From: Pseudomonadota bacterium
GTDB taxonomy: Bacteria; Pseudomonadota; Alphaproteobacteria; UBA8366
Assembly: GCA_036337155.1 (NCBI GenBank)
Contig: JAYZET010000008.1
Coordinates: 116,287-180,286, forward strand
Direction of reading: 5' to 3'
Length of the DNA stretch: 64,000 nt
Shown: positions 51,432 through 61,623 of the stretch, piece by piece
How the letters are laid out: every line of letters begins with the position of its first letter
How positions within the stretch are numbered: position 1 is the stretch's first letter
Notes under the pieces: generated by a model
Database searches by the model: none
What the model was told of the DNA's origin: nothing
Seen by the model: the letters and a program-made list of their open reading frames with translations, nothing else
Translations under genes and position numbers: made by a program

Positions 51432-52481
51432 TTGTCTGACCGGATCGTCATTGCGCTCGATGCGATGGGTGGGGATCGAGCTCCCGAGGTCGTGGTCGAG
51501 GGCGCGAATATATCGCGCGAGAGGTTTCCAAACATATCGTTTTTGATGTTTGGTGATCGATCGCGACTTAAACCCCTTGTGGAAGCATGCCCGCGGCTGG
51601 CCGCAGTAACCGAATATCGCCATACCACAGAGATGGTCAGCAGTGAAGATAAGCCTTCGCTTGCGCTCCGGTCAGCTCGTGGATCTAGCATGCGCCTTGC
51701 CATCGAAGCTGTCCGCGACGGAGAAGCATGTAGTGTCGTCTCCGCTGGCAATACCGGCGCGCTTATGGCGATTGCAAAATTTGTGCTGAAGACTATGCCT
51801 GGAATCAACCGGCCGGCTATTACGTCTTATTATCCCACTATGCGTGGCGAGAGCTGTATGTTAGATCTCGGTGCAAATGTGCAATGCGACGCAGAAAATT
51901 TAGTGCAGTTCGCAGTCATGGGCGAAGTCTTTGCTCGAACGGTGCTGGGGATCGAGAAGCCAACGATTGGTTTGCTTAATGTTGGTGTGGAATCGCTGAA
52001 GGGGCGCGATGAGGTTCGCCAGGCGGCCGCGATTTTAAATGAAACGTCACTGCCGATAGAATTCTTTGGCTTCGTTGAGGGCGATGACATTCCGGCTGGC
52101 ACGGTTGATGTCATAGTTACCGACGGATTTACTGGAAACGTAGCGTTGAAGACTGCGGAAGGCATGACTAAGCTATACACCAGTTTCCTTCGTGATGCGT
52201 TTAAGAGCAGTTTTTCGGCAAAACTTGGTTATTTGTTTATAAGGCGTGCGCTTAATAATTTGCGCCAGAGGACCGACCCGAGACTCTATAACGGAGCGAT
52301 GTTACTCGGACTTAATGGGATCGTGATAAAAAGCCACGGTGGCACTGATAATATTGGATTCGCCAATGCAATTGGTGTGGGTGTAGATATGGCGCAACAC
52401 GGATTTACGGATAAAATAAGGCAAGACTTCGAAGGACTGAGTGCTGGTCAAATCGAACAGAAAAAGGCTGCCGTAACCTAA
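51432..52481 (+). CDS. plsX: Phosphate acyltransferase PlsX
   Basis: [12 protein letters not shown] and [10 protein letters not shown] are present, in rpmF-plsX-fabH order. A TTG start (51411 or 51432) is inferred because the longer track ORF overlaps rpmF. Confidence 0.85.
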   Translation: MSDRIVIALDAMGGDRAPEVVVEGANISRERFPNISFLMFGDRSRLKPLVEACPRLAAVTEYRHTTEMVSSEDKPSLALRSARGSSMRLAIEAVRDGEACSVVSAGNTGALMAIAKFVLKTMPGINRPAITSYYPTMRGESCMLDLGANVQCDAENLVQFAVMGEVFARTVLGIEKPTIGLLNVGVESLKGRDEVRQAAAILNETSLPIEFFGFVEGDDIPAGTVDVIVTDGFTGNVALKTAEGMTKLYTSFLRDAFKSSFSAKLGYLFIRRALNNLRQRTDPRLYNGAMLLGLNGIVIKSHGGTDNIGFANAIGVGVDMAQHGFTDKIRQDFEGLSAGQIEQKKAAVT

Positions 52482-52482
52482 T

Positions 52483-53454
52483 ATGCGTCGTTCCCAAATT
52501 ATCGGCTTCGGGTCATACCTCCCGAAGGAGGTTGTCACCAATGATGACCTTGCGCGAAAGATTGACACTTCCGATGAATGGATTCGCAAGCGTACCGGCA
52601 TTGCGCAGCGGCACATTGCGGCCGAAGGTGAACTGACCTCGGACATCGCGGAGCAGGCAGCGATGGTCGCTTTGGCGGATGCCGCGATAGAAGCGGATGA
52701 GGTGGACTTGATCATTTTGGCGACTGCGACGCCTGACAATACCTTTCCCGCTACCGCTGCGCGTGTTCAGTCAAATCTCGGTATTAGGCGAGGAGCCGCG
52801 TTCGATGTGCAGGCTGTTTGTGCTGGTTTTATATTCGCTCTTGCGACGGCTGATAATATGCTGCGTTTGGGACAGGCAGAAACAGCGCTCGTTATTGGGG
52901 CGGAAGTTTTTAGTCGAATTTTAGATTGGGACGATCGAGGCAGTTGTGTGTTGTTTGGCGACGGCGCCGGAGCAACGGTTCTCCGAGCTGCCCAAGAAAA
53001 AGGTACTAACAAAGATAGAGGGATTCTCTCGACGCATTTATTCTCCGATGGAACCTATTACGATACTCTTTATGTTGATGGTGGTCCGAGTACTACCGGT
53101 ACGTCTGGCTATCTGCGAATGGAAGGCAGAGAGGTATTTAGACATGCCGTTCATCGCATGAGTGAGGTTGTCGAAATAGCTTTGGTGCAGAACGGCCTCT
53201 CAATAGACGATATTGATTGGCTAATACCGCATCAAGCTAATAAGCGAATCATGGATAGTATTGCCAAAAAATTGGATATCTCTTACGAAAAAATCGTCGT
53301 CACTGTCGACCGCCAGGCGAATACCTCTGCGGCGACGATTCCACTCGCTCTTGCCGCTGCTGCTGCAGACGGCCGCTTGTGTGAAGGCAACTTGATTGCT
53401 ATGTCAGCGTTGGGAGGAGGGTTTTCCTGGGGATCGGCCTTGCTGCGGTTGTAA
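52483..53454 (+). CDS. fabH: 3-oxoacyl-ACP synthase III
   Basis: It has active-site Cys (AVCAGF), His (IPHQAN) and Asn (ANTSAATIP), and GGGFSWG. Confidence 0.9.
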   Translation: MRRSQIIGFGSYLPKEVVTNDDLARKIDTSDEWIRKRTGIAQRHIAAEGELTSDIAEQAAMVALADAAIEADEVDLIILATATPDNTFPATAARVQSNLGIRRGAAFDVQAVCAGFIFALATADNMLRLGQAETALVIGAEVFSRILDWDDRGSCVLFGDGAGATVLRAAQEKGTNKDRGILSTHLFSDGTYYDTLYVDGGPSTTGTSGYLRMEGREVFRHAVHRMSEVVEIALVQNGLSIDDIDWLIPHQANKRIMDSIAKKLDISYEKIVVTVDRQANTSAATIPLALAAAAADGRLCEGNLIAMSALGGGFSWGSALLRL

Positions 53455-53569
53455 ATTTATCATGTAGAGAAAGCTCGCTTCCTAATTGACGATCTAGCGA
53501 GCGCGCACTACCGTTAGAAATTGAAATGAAGGGTCTGTAAAAGACCACAGCCTATCAGGGAGAACGAAG

Positions 53570-53884
53570 ATGACGGGAAAAGCCGTCACTAGGGTGCAAT
53601 TGACGGAAGCTGTGTATCAGGAAGTTGGCTTGTCGAGGAACGAATCCGCGGCGCTGGTTGAGGCTGTACTCGATGAAATGGCTGGCGTTCTGTCCAGTGG
53701 CGAATCTGTCAAGATTTCGTCATTCGGTAGTTTCTTTATTCGCAAGAAGGGACAGAGAATTGGGCGAAACCCAAAGACCGGCGAGGAGGTACCGATTCTG
53801 CCACGTTCGGTTCTCATATTTCGCCCAAGTCACGTGCTGAAGAGCCGTATCAATGCGGGAATGTTAGCACGCGGTTCGGACTAG
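53570..53884 (+). CDS. ihfA: Integration host factor subunit alpha
   Basis: It has the HU/IHF fold, with [12 protein letters not shown] in the DNA-intercalating arm. Confidence 0.9.
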   Translation: MTGKAVTRVQLTEAVYQEVGLSRNESAALVEAVLDEMAGVLSSGESVKISSFGSFFIRKKGQRIGRNPKTGEEVPILPRSVLIFRPSHVLKSRINAGMLARGSD

Positions 53885-53890
53885 CCTGTC

Positions 53891-54304
53891 TTGAGTGGAC
53901 GTCCTAAAGTCAAGAAATCTGACGGTGCGTTTCGCACTATCAGTGAAGTTTCACAACACCTTAATGTACCGCAACATGTCCTTCGATTTTGGGAAAGTAA
54001 GTTTGCCCAAGTCAATCCACTAAAACGTGGAGGTGGTCGGCGCTACTATCGGCCCGATGATATTCGCTTACTGGAAAGAGTACGCGATCTGCTCTACGTC
54101 GATGGTTTCACCATCAAGGGCGTACAGCGTATGATGCGCGAACGAGGTGTTAAAGCTTTATTAGCGGAAGGGGAGGTGCCCATTGGATCGGCGGGCGAGG
54201 CTAAAATGCTGGGTACTTTGGAAGAGATGGAGCGTCACGCGGTTAAGGCTGCAATAGCTCAGTTGACCGAGATTCGTAAAATTCTCTCTCCGCCTAAGAT
54301 TTGA
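53891..54304 (+). CDS. MerR family transcriptional regulator
   Basis: The N-terminal HTH is [25 protein letters not shown]. It is the conserved neighbour of ihfA in alphaproteobacteria. The start is non-ATG. Confidence 0.72.
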   Translation: MSGRPKVKKSDGAFRTISEVSQHLNVPQHVLRFWESKFAQVNPLKRGGGRRYYRPDDIRLLERVRDLLYVDGFTIKGVQRMMRERGVKALLAEGEVPIGSAGEAKMLGTLEEMERHAVKAAIAQLTEIRKILSPPKI

Positions 54305-54357
54305 CAGTCTGTCCCATTGCACCGCATTGCGGGCGGCGATACATTTCGGTTTAAAGT

Positions 54358-54434
<77 letters not shown>

Positions 54435-54885
54435 AATTTGTTACTTTTTATTTCTGTGCTGTATTTCAACGGTAGAAACTTCCAACCTGTTGTTTCAATT
54501 TTCGCAAAGACGCCTCCCAATTTGTAAAATTGAAAATGCGCCAAGTCTCCGATTTATCGGGGGTCCTTGGGCCGAGCTGACAGCTTTCGCTCCAAAGTGG
54601 GACTGTTGGATAGCGTAGTCGATTACCCGTTAGGCAAACATGAACCAGACATTAAATGCTTATAGCGAGCTGACCCAAGTTTCCTGGTTACCATCGCTAA
54701 TCTATTGGTATTAAATACGCGCTATATATACGCCAGTGATGCTAGCCGCACCAATCCGGCAATAAGGCTCAATAATACGATTGGTCTTTTGCAAACCCAG
54801 TGTAAAGTTAATTGGGTGATAAGCGTTTGAATGAGGCCATTAGCTGTTTGAAAACAGTCGGTTTGGCGGCAAAATAATAAACCAT

Positions 54886-56028
54886 CTATAGGTCTATCTC
54901 GTTTAAGGACCTGGAGATCACGATCTTCTGAATCTCGCTGGTTCCTTCGTAGATCTGATAGACGCGGACGTCGCGGTAAATTTTTTCGGCCGGATGATCG
55001 TTGAGAAAGCCTGCGCCACCAAAGATTTGGAGCGCCTGGGAAGCTACGCGCTCGGCCATCTCGGAGGCGAAGAGCTTTGCCATCGCGGCCTCGCGGGCGC
55101 AGGGCTGGCCCAAATCTTTTAACTGGGCCGCATGCAGGTAGAGTTGCCGCGCCGCTTCGATCTCTGTGGCCATTTCTGACAGTTTGAAGGATACGGCCTG
55201 ATGATCACGGATCGGTTTTCCAAAAGTCTTCCGCTCATCGGCATAGGCCCTTGCGGCCTTGAGCGCCGCGCGGGCCCCGCCGACAGCCTGTGCCGCGACG
55301 CCGATGCGTCCCTCCGAAAGCTTGCTGAGTGCAATCCTGAGACCCTCTCCCCGCTGGCCCAACATATCGCTTGCCGGTACCCGCATGTCCTCGAAACGGA
55401 TTTGGCAGGTGTCGTTGGTACGGTGGCCGAGCTTGTTCTCCTTTCGCGTCACCACATATCCGGGATTGTCGGTTGGAGTGATGAAGGTCGTGATACCCTT
55501 CTTACCGGCATCGGGGTCGGTTACGGTGACGATCATTGCGACGTTTGAGCTGGCGCCGCCTGTAATGAAGGCCTTCTCGCCTGTAAGGATAAAATCACCT
55601 CCGTCCCGCACGGCCTGTGTCTTAATGGCAGCGGCGTCAGAGCCCGTATGCGGCTCCGTCAAATGGATGCTACCAAGCCATTCGCCGCTGGTCAGTTTGG
55701 TGAGATAGTGCTGCTTTTGTTGGTCCGTGCCATTCTCCTCTATCGCGACGGCAACTGGTGAGTTGGTGGCTGCCATGATGTTCGAGATACCGCCATCAGC
55801 TGCAGACACCTCTTCAATTGCCAAGGTATAAGAGAGGAAATCCGCGCCGGCGCCGCCGTATTTTTGAGAGACGGTGACACCCATCAAACCGGCCTGAGCC
55901 ATCCTTTGGTATAGCGCGCGGGGCGTTTCCCCCATACGGTCCCAATCCGCGGCGTAGGGTGCAATTTCTTGCGTGGCGAAGTGACGAGCGGCGTTGCGGA
56001 TTGCCTGTTGCGTTTTGGTGAGTTGCAT
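54886..56028 (-). CDS. Acyl-CoA dehydrogenase
   Basis: ACAD motifs are LTEPHTGSDAA, GGAGFLNDHPAEKIYRD and IYEGTSEIQKIVISR. Confidence 0.85.
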   Translation of the reverse strand: MQLTKTQQAIRNAARHFATQEIAPYAADWDRMGETPRALYQRMAQAGLMGVTVSQKYGGAGADFLSYTLAIEEVSAADGGISNIMAATNSPVAVAIEENGTDQQKQHYLTKLTSGEWLGSIHLTEPHTGSDAAAIKTQAVRDGGDFILTGEKAFITGGASSNVAMIVTVTDPDAGKKGITTFITPTDNPGYVVTRKENKLGHRTNDTCQIRFEDMRVPASDMLGQRGEGLRIALSKLSEGRIGVAAQAVGGARAALKAARAYADERKTFGKPIRDHQAVSFKLSEMATEIEAARQLYLHAAQLKDLGQPCAREAAMAKLFASEMAERVASQALQIFGGAGFLNDHPAEKIYRDVRVYQIYEGTSEIQKIVISRSLNEIDL

Positions 56029-56042
56029 CTTCTTTTGCCTCC

Positions 56043-56423
56043 TTAGATCCGTCGAGCGATCTTGTAATTCACGCTTTTACGGTCCCAAGTGGTGGTAGTC
56101 ACACCATCCTGACGGAGGAGTTCTTTCTGTATTTTGCGGGTCGTATACTTCTGCAATGTGTTAAGTGCTACGATAAATCGCGGTACTGCAAACCTTGGCA
56201 TGTATTCTGCGCAATAATTGAGAAGTGAAATTTTGTCGATCGCTTTGTCACTTTCGGTCACAAGACAGGCCTTATCATTGTGCTCGCCGCATCTGTTTCG
56301 CAAACCCATTACTTTCTGGAAGCGCTGTTGGAAGGATAAATCATTCGAATAGCTAAAATGGCGCTGCAGTGGCAGGCAAATTTGTTTTTCTAAAAGCCGT
56401 TTTCTTGTCCTGCGATCGCACAT
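56043..56423 (-). pseudogene. Truncated acyl-CoA synthetase (AMP-binding enzyme) C-terminal remnant
   Basis: Only the C-terminal subdomain is recognisable (GEHNDKACLV...LLNYCAEYMPRFAVPRFIVALNTLQKYTTRKIQKELLR). The roughly 400-aa adenylation core is absent, and the conserved GK of the terminal motif reads RK. Confidence 0.5.
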
Positions 56424-56471
56424 AATTTGGTGATAATTTTCTATTATAAAGCTGGTTTTTCTTGGGTGTGT

Positions 56472-56750
56472 CTATTCTTCACCAGAGACCTTTCGACCTT
56501 TTTCGGTCAGTTTGCAAACTAGCCAATCGGGTTTTATTGGGTTTTCAAACCAAGGTTCAGCCCACCCTTGGGTCAAGCAGCTCTTGATTGTTCGCTGGTT
56601 GATGCGTTGTCCTGATTTGTCGAACAGTGGCAACTTGCCACCGGGTTGATCGAGGCCGCGCCTCAGCCAGGAGCGCTGGCTCGGCGTTGGTGTGGCCAGC
56701 CGAACCTTACCTCCCTGCGCTGCCGAATTCCGCTTCGTGGTCGTCGTCAT
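56472..56750 (-). CDS. Hypothetical protein (92 aa)
   Basis: The ORF has a basic N-terminus and a Trp-rich C-terminal half (SWLRRGLDQPGGKLPLFD...GWAEPWFENPIKPDWLVCKLTEKG). I do not recognise the family. Confidence 0.4.
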   Translation of the reverse strand: MTTTTKRNSAAQGGKVRLATPTPSQRSWLRRGLDQPGGKLPLFDKSGQRINQRTIKSCLTQGWAEPWFENPIKPDWLVCKLTEKGRKVSGEE

Positions 56751-56861
56751 TTCCTGTCACCGGGCGATTGGCTGCGACATTCATGGTAAGCTAGAATGTC
56801 GTCGCCGCCAACCCGACGGGGGAAGTCCCGCTTACATCTCATTGGAAAAGGAAATGCAGTG

Positions 56862-57179
56862 ATGTCAGTATGTCTCGTCTATATTACCGCGAGCGGGCAC
56901 GAGGAAGCGACCACAATCGGGCGTGATCTCGTCGAAAAGCGGCTCGCCGCCTGTGTTAACGTGCAACAGCCAATTACGTCGATCCATCGTTGGGAGGGGG
57001 TGGTTCAGGAAGATGTGGAGAGTGTTTTGATAGCGAAGACGACCGAAGGTCTTATTGAGGCGCTAACAGCTCGTGTCCTCAAAATTCACAGTTACAATTG
57101 TCCTTGTGTCGTAGTCATACCGATTGCTGGGGGCCACAAGGAGTTTTTGGAGTGGATAGCTTCGGAAACAATGCAGTAG
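56862..57179 (+). CDS. cutA: Divalent-cation tolerance protein CutA
   Basis: VYITASGHEEATTIGRDLVEKRLAACVNV...SIHRWEGVVQED...LIAKT is typical CutA1. The start is taken at ATG 56862. Confidence 0.8.
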   Translation: MSVCLVYITASGHEEATTIGRDLVEKRLAACVNVQQPITSIHRWEGVVQEDVESVLIAKTTEGLIEALTARVLKIHSYNCPCVVVIPIAGGHKEFLEWIASETMQ

Positions 57180-57311
57180 GGTATACCAATGGCCGATCGT
57201 AAAATTTCGGCGTTACAAGTTATTGGCGCCTTCTGAATAGTGGATGTTGGTCAGGGTGAGAGGACCCCAATATCCAATCGATGATGTGTTTAATAAATTA
57301 GGTAGTGACCC

Positions 57312-57842
57312 ATGGCGACTATCGTCGAATTCGAAGGTAAGACACCCCAAATTCATGCTTCTGTATTTGTAGCCTCCACTGCTGTGATTATTGGTGACGT
57401 TGTGCTCAAGGAGGGTGCCAGCGTTTGGTATGGTGCAGTGCTGCGGGGCGATTCCAGTATCATTCGTATTGGCAAAGAAACTAATGTACAAGATAACGTT
57501 GTGATACATGCCGATACCGAGCAAGGTACGATCATCGGTGATAGAGTAACGCTTGGTCACGGTTGTATCCTTCATGATACGAACATCGGTGACGGTTGCG
57601 TTGTAGGTATGCTAGCTACCCTTCTGCATCACTCGGTCGTTGGCGAGCGTTGCATGATAGGTGCGGGAGCAGTTGTTCGAGAAGGTTTTGATATTCCTCC
57701 ATATTCAGTCGCTGCCGGGGTGCCTGCGAAGGTTATGAAGAAATTAGATGGAAGCGCAAAGGAATGGCTCGATATGGCCTACGAAGAATATACTAAACTT
57801 TCCGAGCGCTATAAAAAGGGTGCGCGAATTATTAGAGAGTGA
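57312..57842 (+). CDS. Gamma-carbonic anhydrase family / hexapeptide-repeat protein (YrdA/PaaY-like)
   Basis: It has left-handed beta-helix hexapeptide repeats, with VWYGAVLRGD and NVQDNVVIH motifs. Confidence 0.8.
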   Translation: MATIVEFEGKTPQIHASVFVASTAVIIGDVVLKEGASVWYGAVLRGDSSIIRIGKETNVQDNVVIHADTEQGTIIGDRVTLGHGCILHDTNIGDGCVVGMLATLLHHSVVGERCMIGAGAVVREGFDIPPYSVAAGVPAKVMKKLDGSAKEWLDMAYEEYTKLSERYKKGARIIRE

Positions 57843-57916
57843 TGAGCTATTCCAAAAATTTAGGCATTTATTTTCGGATGTGCAGCGCACCTGAGATCTT
57901 GTGCGAATGGGTTCAG

Positions 57917-59221
57917 CTACTCGGCCGCTTTGGTGTGAACCAATCTCTGCAAGGCTTGTTCAAGATCGGCTATGATATCTTCAACCGTCTCGATACCGAC
58001 AGAAATACGGATCACCTCAGGACCAGCGCCAGCCGCCATCAACTGTTCTTCAGTGAGCTGGCGGTGTGTGGTCGAGGCGGGATGCAGGATGAGTGAGCGC
58101 GTGTCACCAATATTGGCCAGATGGCTCAATATCTCGCAGCTATCGACCAACGTTACGCCTGCATCATACCCACCCTTCAGACCAAAGGTGAAGACGCCTC
58201 CTGCGCCCTTCGGCATGTACCGCTTGCGAAGTTTGAAATACCTGCTCGTTTCAAGACCAGCATAAGAGACCCATTCGACGGCTGGATGGCTCTCTAAGTA
58301 GCGCGCGACCATGAGCGCATTTTCACAATGTCGCTCCATGCGTAGTGCAAGTGTTTCGATTCCCAGAAGAGTGATCCAAGCATTGATCGGCGATTGGCAT
58401 GCGCCAAGATCCCGTAAGCCAACGGCATGGCTATGCATGGTGTAGGCAAGGTCGCCGAAGGTCTCGGCAAAGGTCAGACCGTGGTATTCCGGAGCTGGCT
58501 CCGACAGGCTCGGAAACTTGTCGCGGCCCATGAAGTCAAACTTTCCTGAATCGACGACACAGCCGCCAATTGTGCTGCCGTTACCAGAGAGGAATTTCGT
58601 CGTTGAATGCACAACGATGTCGGCCCCGTGATTGAAAGGTTTGCAGAGATAAGGTGTGGCCATAGTGTTATCGACGATCAGGGGTATTCCCGCCTCGTGG
58701 GCAATCTCCGCAACTGCCTCGATATCAACTACTACGCCGCCCGGATTAGCCAAACTCTCGATGAATATGGCCTTGGTCTTCTCGGTGATGGCGTGGCGAA
58801 AATTCTTTGGGTCGTCCGGATCGACAAATGAAACGTTCCACCCGAATTTCTTGTAGCTGATACCCATCTGGTTGATTGAGCCGCCATAGAGCTTGTTGGC
58901 GGCGACTATTTCATCGCCCGGATGCATAAGCGGGAAGAGGGCAAGAATTTGCGCAGCGTGGCCGGACGCTGTTGCCGTCGCTCCGCGGCCATCTTCAAGC
59001 GCGGCAATTCTTTCCTCTAGGGCTGAGACCGTTGGATTGGTTAATCGTGAGTAAATAAATCCCGGAAGCTGCAAGTTAAATAGTGAAGCTGCATGATCAG
59101 CATCATCAAATACGAAGGATGATGTTTGGTAAATTGGCATCTGCCGGGCCCCAGTTGTGGGGTCTGGCGCTGTGCCGGCATGGACGGATAAAGTTTCGAG
59201 GCCTGGTTTGCGGTTACTCAT
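57917..59221 (-). CDS. metY: O-acetylhomoserine sulfhydrylase (aminocarboxypropyltransferase)
   Basis: It belongs to the Cys/Met-metabolism PLP family, with YSRLTNPT and the PLP-Lys motif HSTTKFLSGNG. At 434 aa it is typical of MetY. Confidence 0.85.
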   Translation of the reverse strand: MSNRKPGLETLSVHAGTAPDPTTGARQMPIYQTSSFVFDDADHAASLFNLQLPGFIYSRLTNPTVSALEERIAALEDGRGATATASGHAAQILALFPLMHPGDEIVAANKLYGGSINQMGISYKKFGWNVSFVDPDDPKNFRHAITEKTKAIFIESLANPGGVVVDIEAVAEIAHEAGIPLIVDNTMATPYLCKPFNHGADIVVHSTTKFLSGNGSTIGGCVVDSGKFDFMGRDKFPSLSEPAPEYHGLTFAETFGDLAYTMHSHAVGLRDLGACQSPINAWITLLGIETLALRMERHCENALMVARYLESHPAVEWVSYAGLETSRYFKLRKRYMPKGAGGVFTFGLKGGYDAGVTLVDSCEILSHLANIGDTRSLILHPASTTHRQLTEEQLMAAGAGPEVIRISVGIETVEDIIADLEQALQRLVHTKAAE

Positions 59222-59231
59222 TTTTTGTCCC

Positions 59232-59714
59232 TTAGGCCAATTTTCGGCGTTTGCTGGTTATCACGTATGAATTAATCCCGTGCCAGCTAAGTTCGCCGTA
59301 AAGACGGGCGTATTCAATCTTTGGGCAACGATTCATGACGACGCGAAGACCCGCGTCTTCGGCTCGTTTCGCCGCTTCGTCGTTGCGAACTCCGAGCTGC
59401 ATCCATACGATTTTGGCACCCACCTTTATAGCTTCATCGGTGATTGCACCCGCTGCCTCCGAATTGCGGAAAATATCTACCATATCGATGGAAACGTCGA
59501 TCTCGTCTATGTTGGCGACTACTTTTTCGGCGAGAATTTCCTGACCCGATATGCCGGGGTTGACCGGTATTACGCGGAAGCCTTTTTGCTGCATGTACTT
59601 CATTGCGAAGAAGCTAGGCCGATTCCAGTTGGCGCTGGCACCGACCATGGCAACGGTCTTCGTGTCCCTCAAAACTTTGATAATATATTTGTCGTCGTAG
59701 TTGTCGTGGTTCAC
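59232..59714 (-). CDS. CoA-binding domain protein (YccU-like)
   Basis: KTVAMVGASANWNRPS and FRVIPVNP are present. GTG 59714 is preceded by AGGAG, which overlaps the stop of the upstream hydratase gene. Confidence 0.72.
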   Translation of the reverse strand: MNHDNYDDKYIIKVLRDTKTVAMVGASANWNRPSFFAMKYMQQKGFRVIPVNPGISGQEILAEKVVANIDEIDVSIDMVDIFRNSEAAGAITDEAIKVGAKIVWMQLGVRNDEAAKRAEDAGLRVVMNRCPKIEYARLYGELSWHGINSYVITSKRRKLA

Positions 59715-59725
59715 AAGTCTAGCTC

Positions 59726-60526
59726 CTATTCTCCCCGCCAAACGGGTTTTCTCTTCTCGACAAAGGCGCCAACGCCTTCCTGAGCATCATGTGACATCAT
59801 GTTTTCCGCCATGACCTTGGCTGTATAAGCGTATGCTTCCTCGACACCACATTCTAGCTGACGGTAGAATGCCTCCTTACCGATCTTGATTGTGTAACCA
59901 GATTTGTCGAGTATTTTCGCCGCTATGTCGCTAATTGTTGCGTCCAACTCCGCCTCGGGCACAACTTTATTGATTAGGCCGTATTCGAGCGCTTGCTCCG
60001 CCGGCAGCGGTTCGCCGAGGATTAACATCTCCATTGCCTGCTTGCGGCTTATATTACGACTGAGAGCCACCATTGGTGTTGAGCAAAACAATCCTATGTG
60101 AACACCAGGAGTGGCGAAGTACACGGTATTAGTGGCGACTGCGAGGTCGCAGGTGGCAACTAATTGACAGCCGGCCGCCGTAGCGACGCCGTGCACGCGA
60201 GCGATGACGGGTTGTGGCAGTCGCATGATTGATGTCATCATATGCCCACAGGCGTGGAACAGCTCGTCATAGAATTCGGGTGACTTACTGTTTACGAGCT
60301 CGCGCATGTCATGACCTGCGCAAAAACTCGGACCGTTCGCCGCGAAGACAACGGCGCGCACCGATTGGTCGTCGGCGATGTTGTCTAATTCTTCTTGAAT
60401 CGTAGCTATCATTGCGCGTGACAAAGCATTGCGCGAGTTTGGGCGGTTGAGAGTGAGGGTTGCGACGCCTCTATAATTTTTGCGCAGTACAAGTGCATTG
60501 GTGTCGCTCTTCAGTTCAGCCCTCAT
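59726..60526 (-). CDS. Enoyl-CoA hydratase/isomerase (crotonase) family protein
   Basis: FCAGHDMRE, VHGVATAAGCQLV and the catalytic region around G.PGV are present. It is 266 aa. Confidence 0.8.
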   Translation of the reverse strand: MRAELKSDTNALVLRKNYRGVATLTLNRPNSRNALSRAMIATIQEELDNIADDQSVRAVVFAANGPSFCAGHDMRELVNSKSPEFYDELFHACGHMMTSIMRLPQPVIARVHGVATAAGCQLVATCDLAVATNTVYFATPGVHIGLFCSTPMVALSRNISRKQAMEMLILGEPLPAEQALEYGLINKVVPEAELDATISDIAAKILDKSGYTIKIGKEAFYRQLECGVEEAYAYTAKVMAENMMSHDAQEGVGAFVEKRKPVWRGE

Positions 60527-60749
60527 TCTTGTTTCTCCTTACAATTACAAATAATTCCCGCCATATGTGAGCCTCTCATCAAGACGGCCAAATCAGATTG
60601 GCGTTTCGTGCGGATTAAGGACTTTGGTCGACAATGTACCAAACAGCATTTACGGAGAGGCGAATTTGACGTTGAGATTGTCGTAATAGTCGAGTGATTT
60701 CCGTGAAAGGAATTGCCTCAGAATTTCGTCGTCGTTTTACGACCCATTG

Positions 60750-61145
60750 CTATCCGCCTGCACCTCGAATGGCGATTGAGTCGATTTCAACTTTTAGTCC
60801 TGGTGCGGCAAGTTGAGAGACTTCGACCAAGGTCGAACACGGGAAATCACCGGTAAAAAACTCGCGGCGCGCCTTCCATACTTCCTCGCGCACCCGAATG
60901 TCGGTGACGTAAATTTGCACCCGAACAATATCGTCCATCTTGGCACCGGCTTCTTCAATTAGATGTTTGGTGCGTGTGAAGGTTTCCTTTGCTTGCTCGT
61001 ACTCCCCAATGGAGCCCATATCGTCCGACATTCCGCCGGCGGTCAATCCTGCAATATGAATATGGTCACCAATGACAAGGCAATTTGACCAAGTGCCCTC
61101 AGGTGGTTCTTTAACATGCGGGCTTGTGATGCGTTTTTTCTTCAT
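60750..61145 (-). CDS. RidA/YjgF family protein
   Basis: It has the endoribonuclease L-PSP fold pattern (IHIAGLTAG..., VRVQIYVTD..., STLVEVSQLAAPGLKVEIDSIA). A GGGGAG SD precedes ATG 61145. Confidence 0.78.
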   Translation of the reverse strand: MKKKRITSPHVKEPPEGTWSNCLVIGDHIHIAGLTAGGMSDDMGSIGEYEQAKETFTRTKHLIEEAGAKMDDIVRVQIYVTDIRVREEVWKARREFFTGDFPCSTLVEVSQLAAPGLKVEIDSIAIRGAGG

Positions 61146-61623
61146 AAAATGCTCCCCTATATAAGACCACCATATCACGATGGCTTATGGGTATGACAGA
61201 TATAAGGTCTTTAATATATGTGCCAAACGGAAGTCACATAGTTTGAATGCTTTTCCTATTTACGTTGCCATATTTGGCAATGACGCCAGTAAGTTTGAAG
61301 GATATTTTGATTGACTTAGAGCGTGTGCTGGCGGCCGGATATTTCCGGTAGTATCGATTAGGATGAGGGCTTACGGCCGCTTTAATTTTGGTCATTAAAA
61401 AGCTAACCAAAGCGATCCGGAAAAGCCGATCCTCCAGATCGCAAATAATAGGCTTAATTTCCGAAAGTTTTAGAGCGACCGCGGCTTTAACTCAGATTAA
61501 TCGACCGGACCACCTCGCCTGAGATAGCGAGGAGAAAAGACGCCATCTATATCGGAATGAAGCGTACGCTTGTTAGGTGGGGTTATAGGGTCCTATTTTT
61601 TTAACTCGGCTATTAATCCGAGT

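Noticed and set aside
54435-54885. A genomic island integrated at tRNA-Pro.
   Set aside because: There is no integrase or excisionase, no direct repeat of the tRNA 3' end visible downstream, and the downstream genes are ordinary metabolic genes. It is kept only as a low-interest decay-zone finding.
60527-60749. A SAM-type riboswitch in the leader of the hydratase-CoA-binding-metY operon.
   Set aside because: I could not find the conserved SAM-II or SAM-I core sequences or a convincing pseudoknot or terminator by eye. A covariance-model scan would be needed to be sure.
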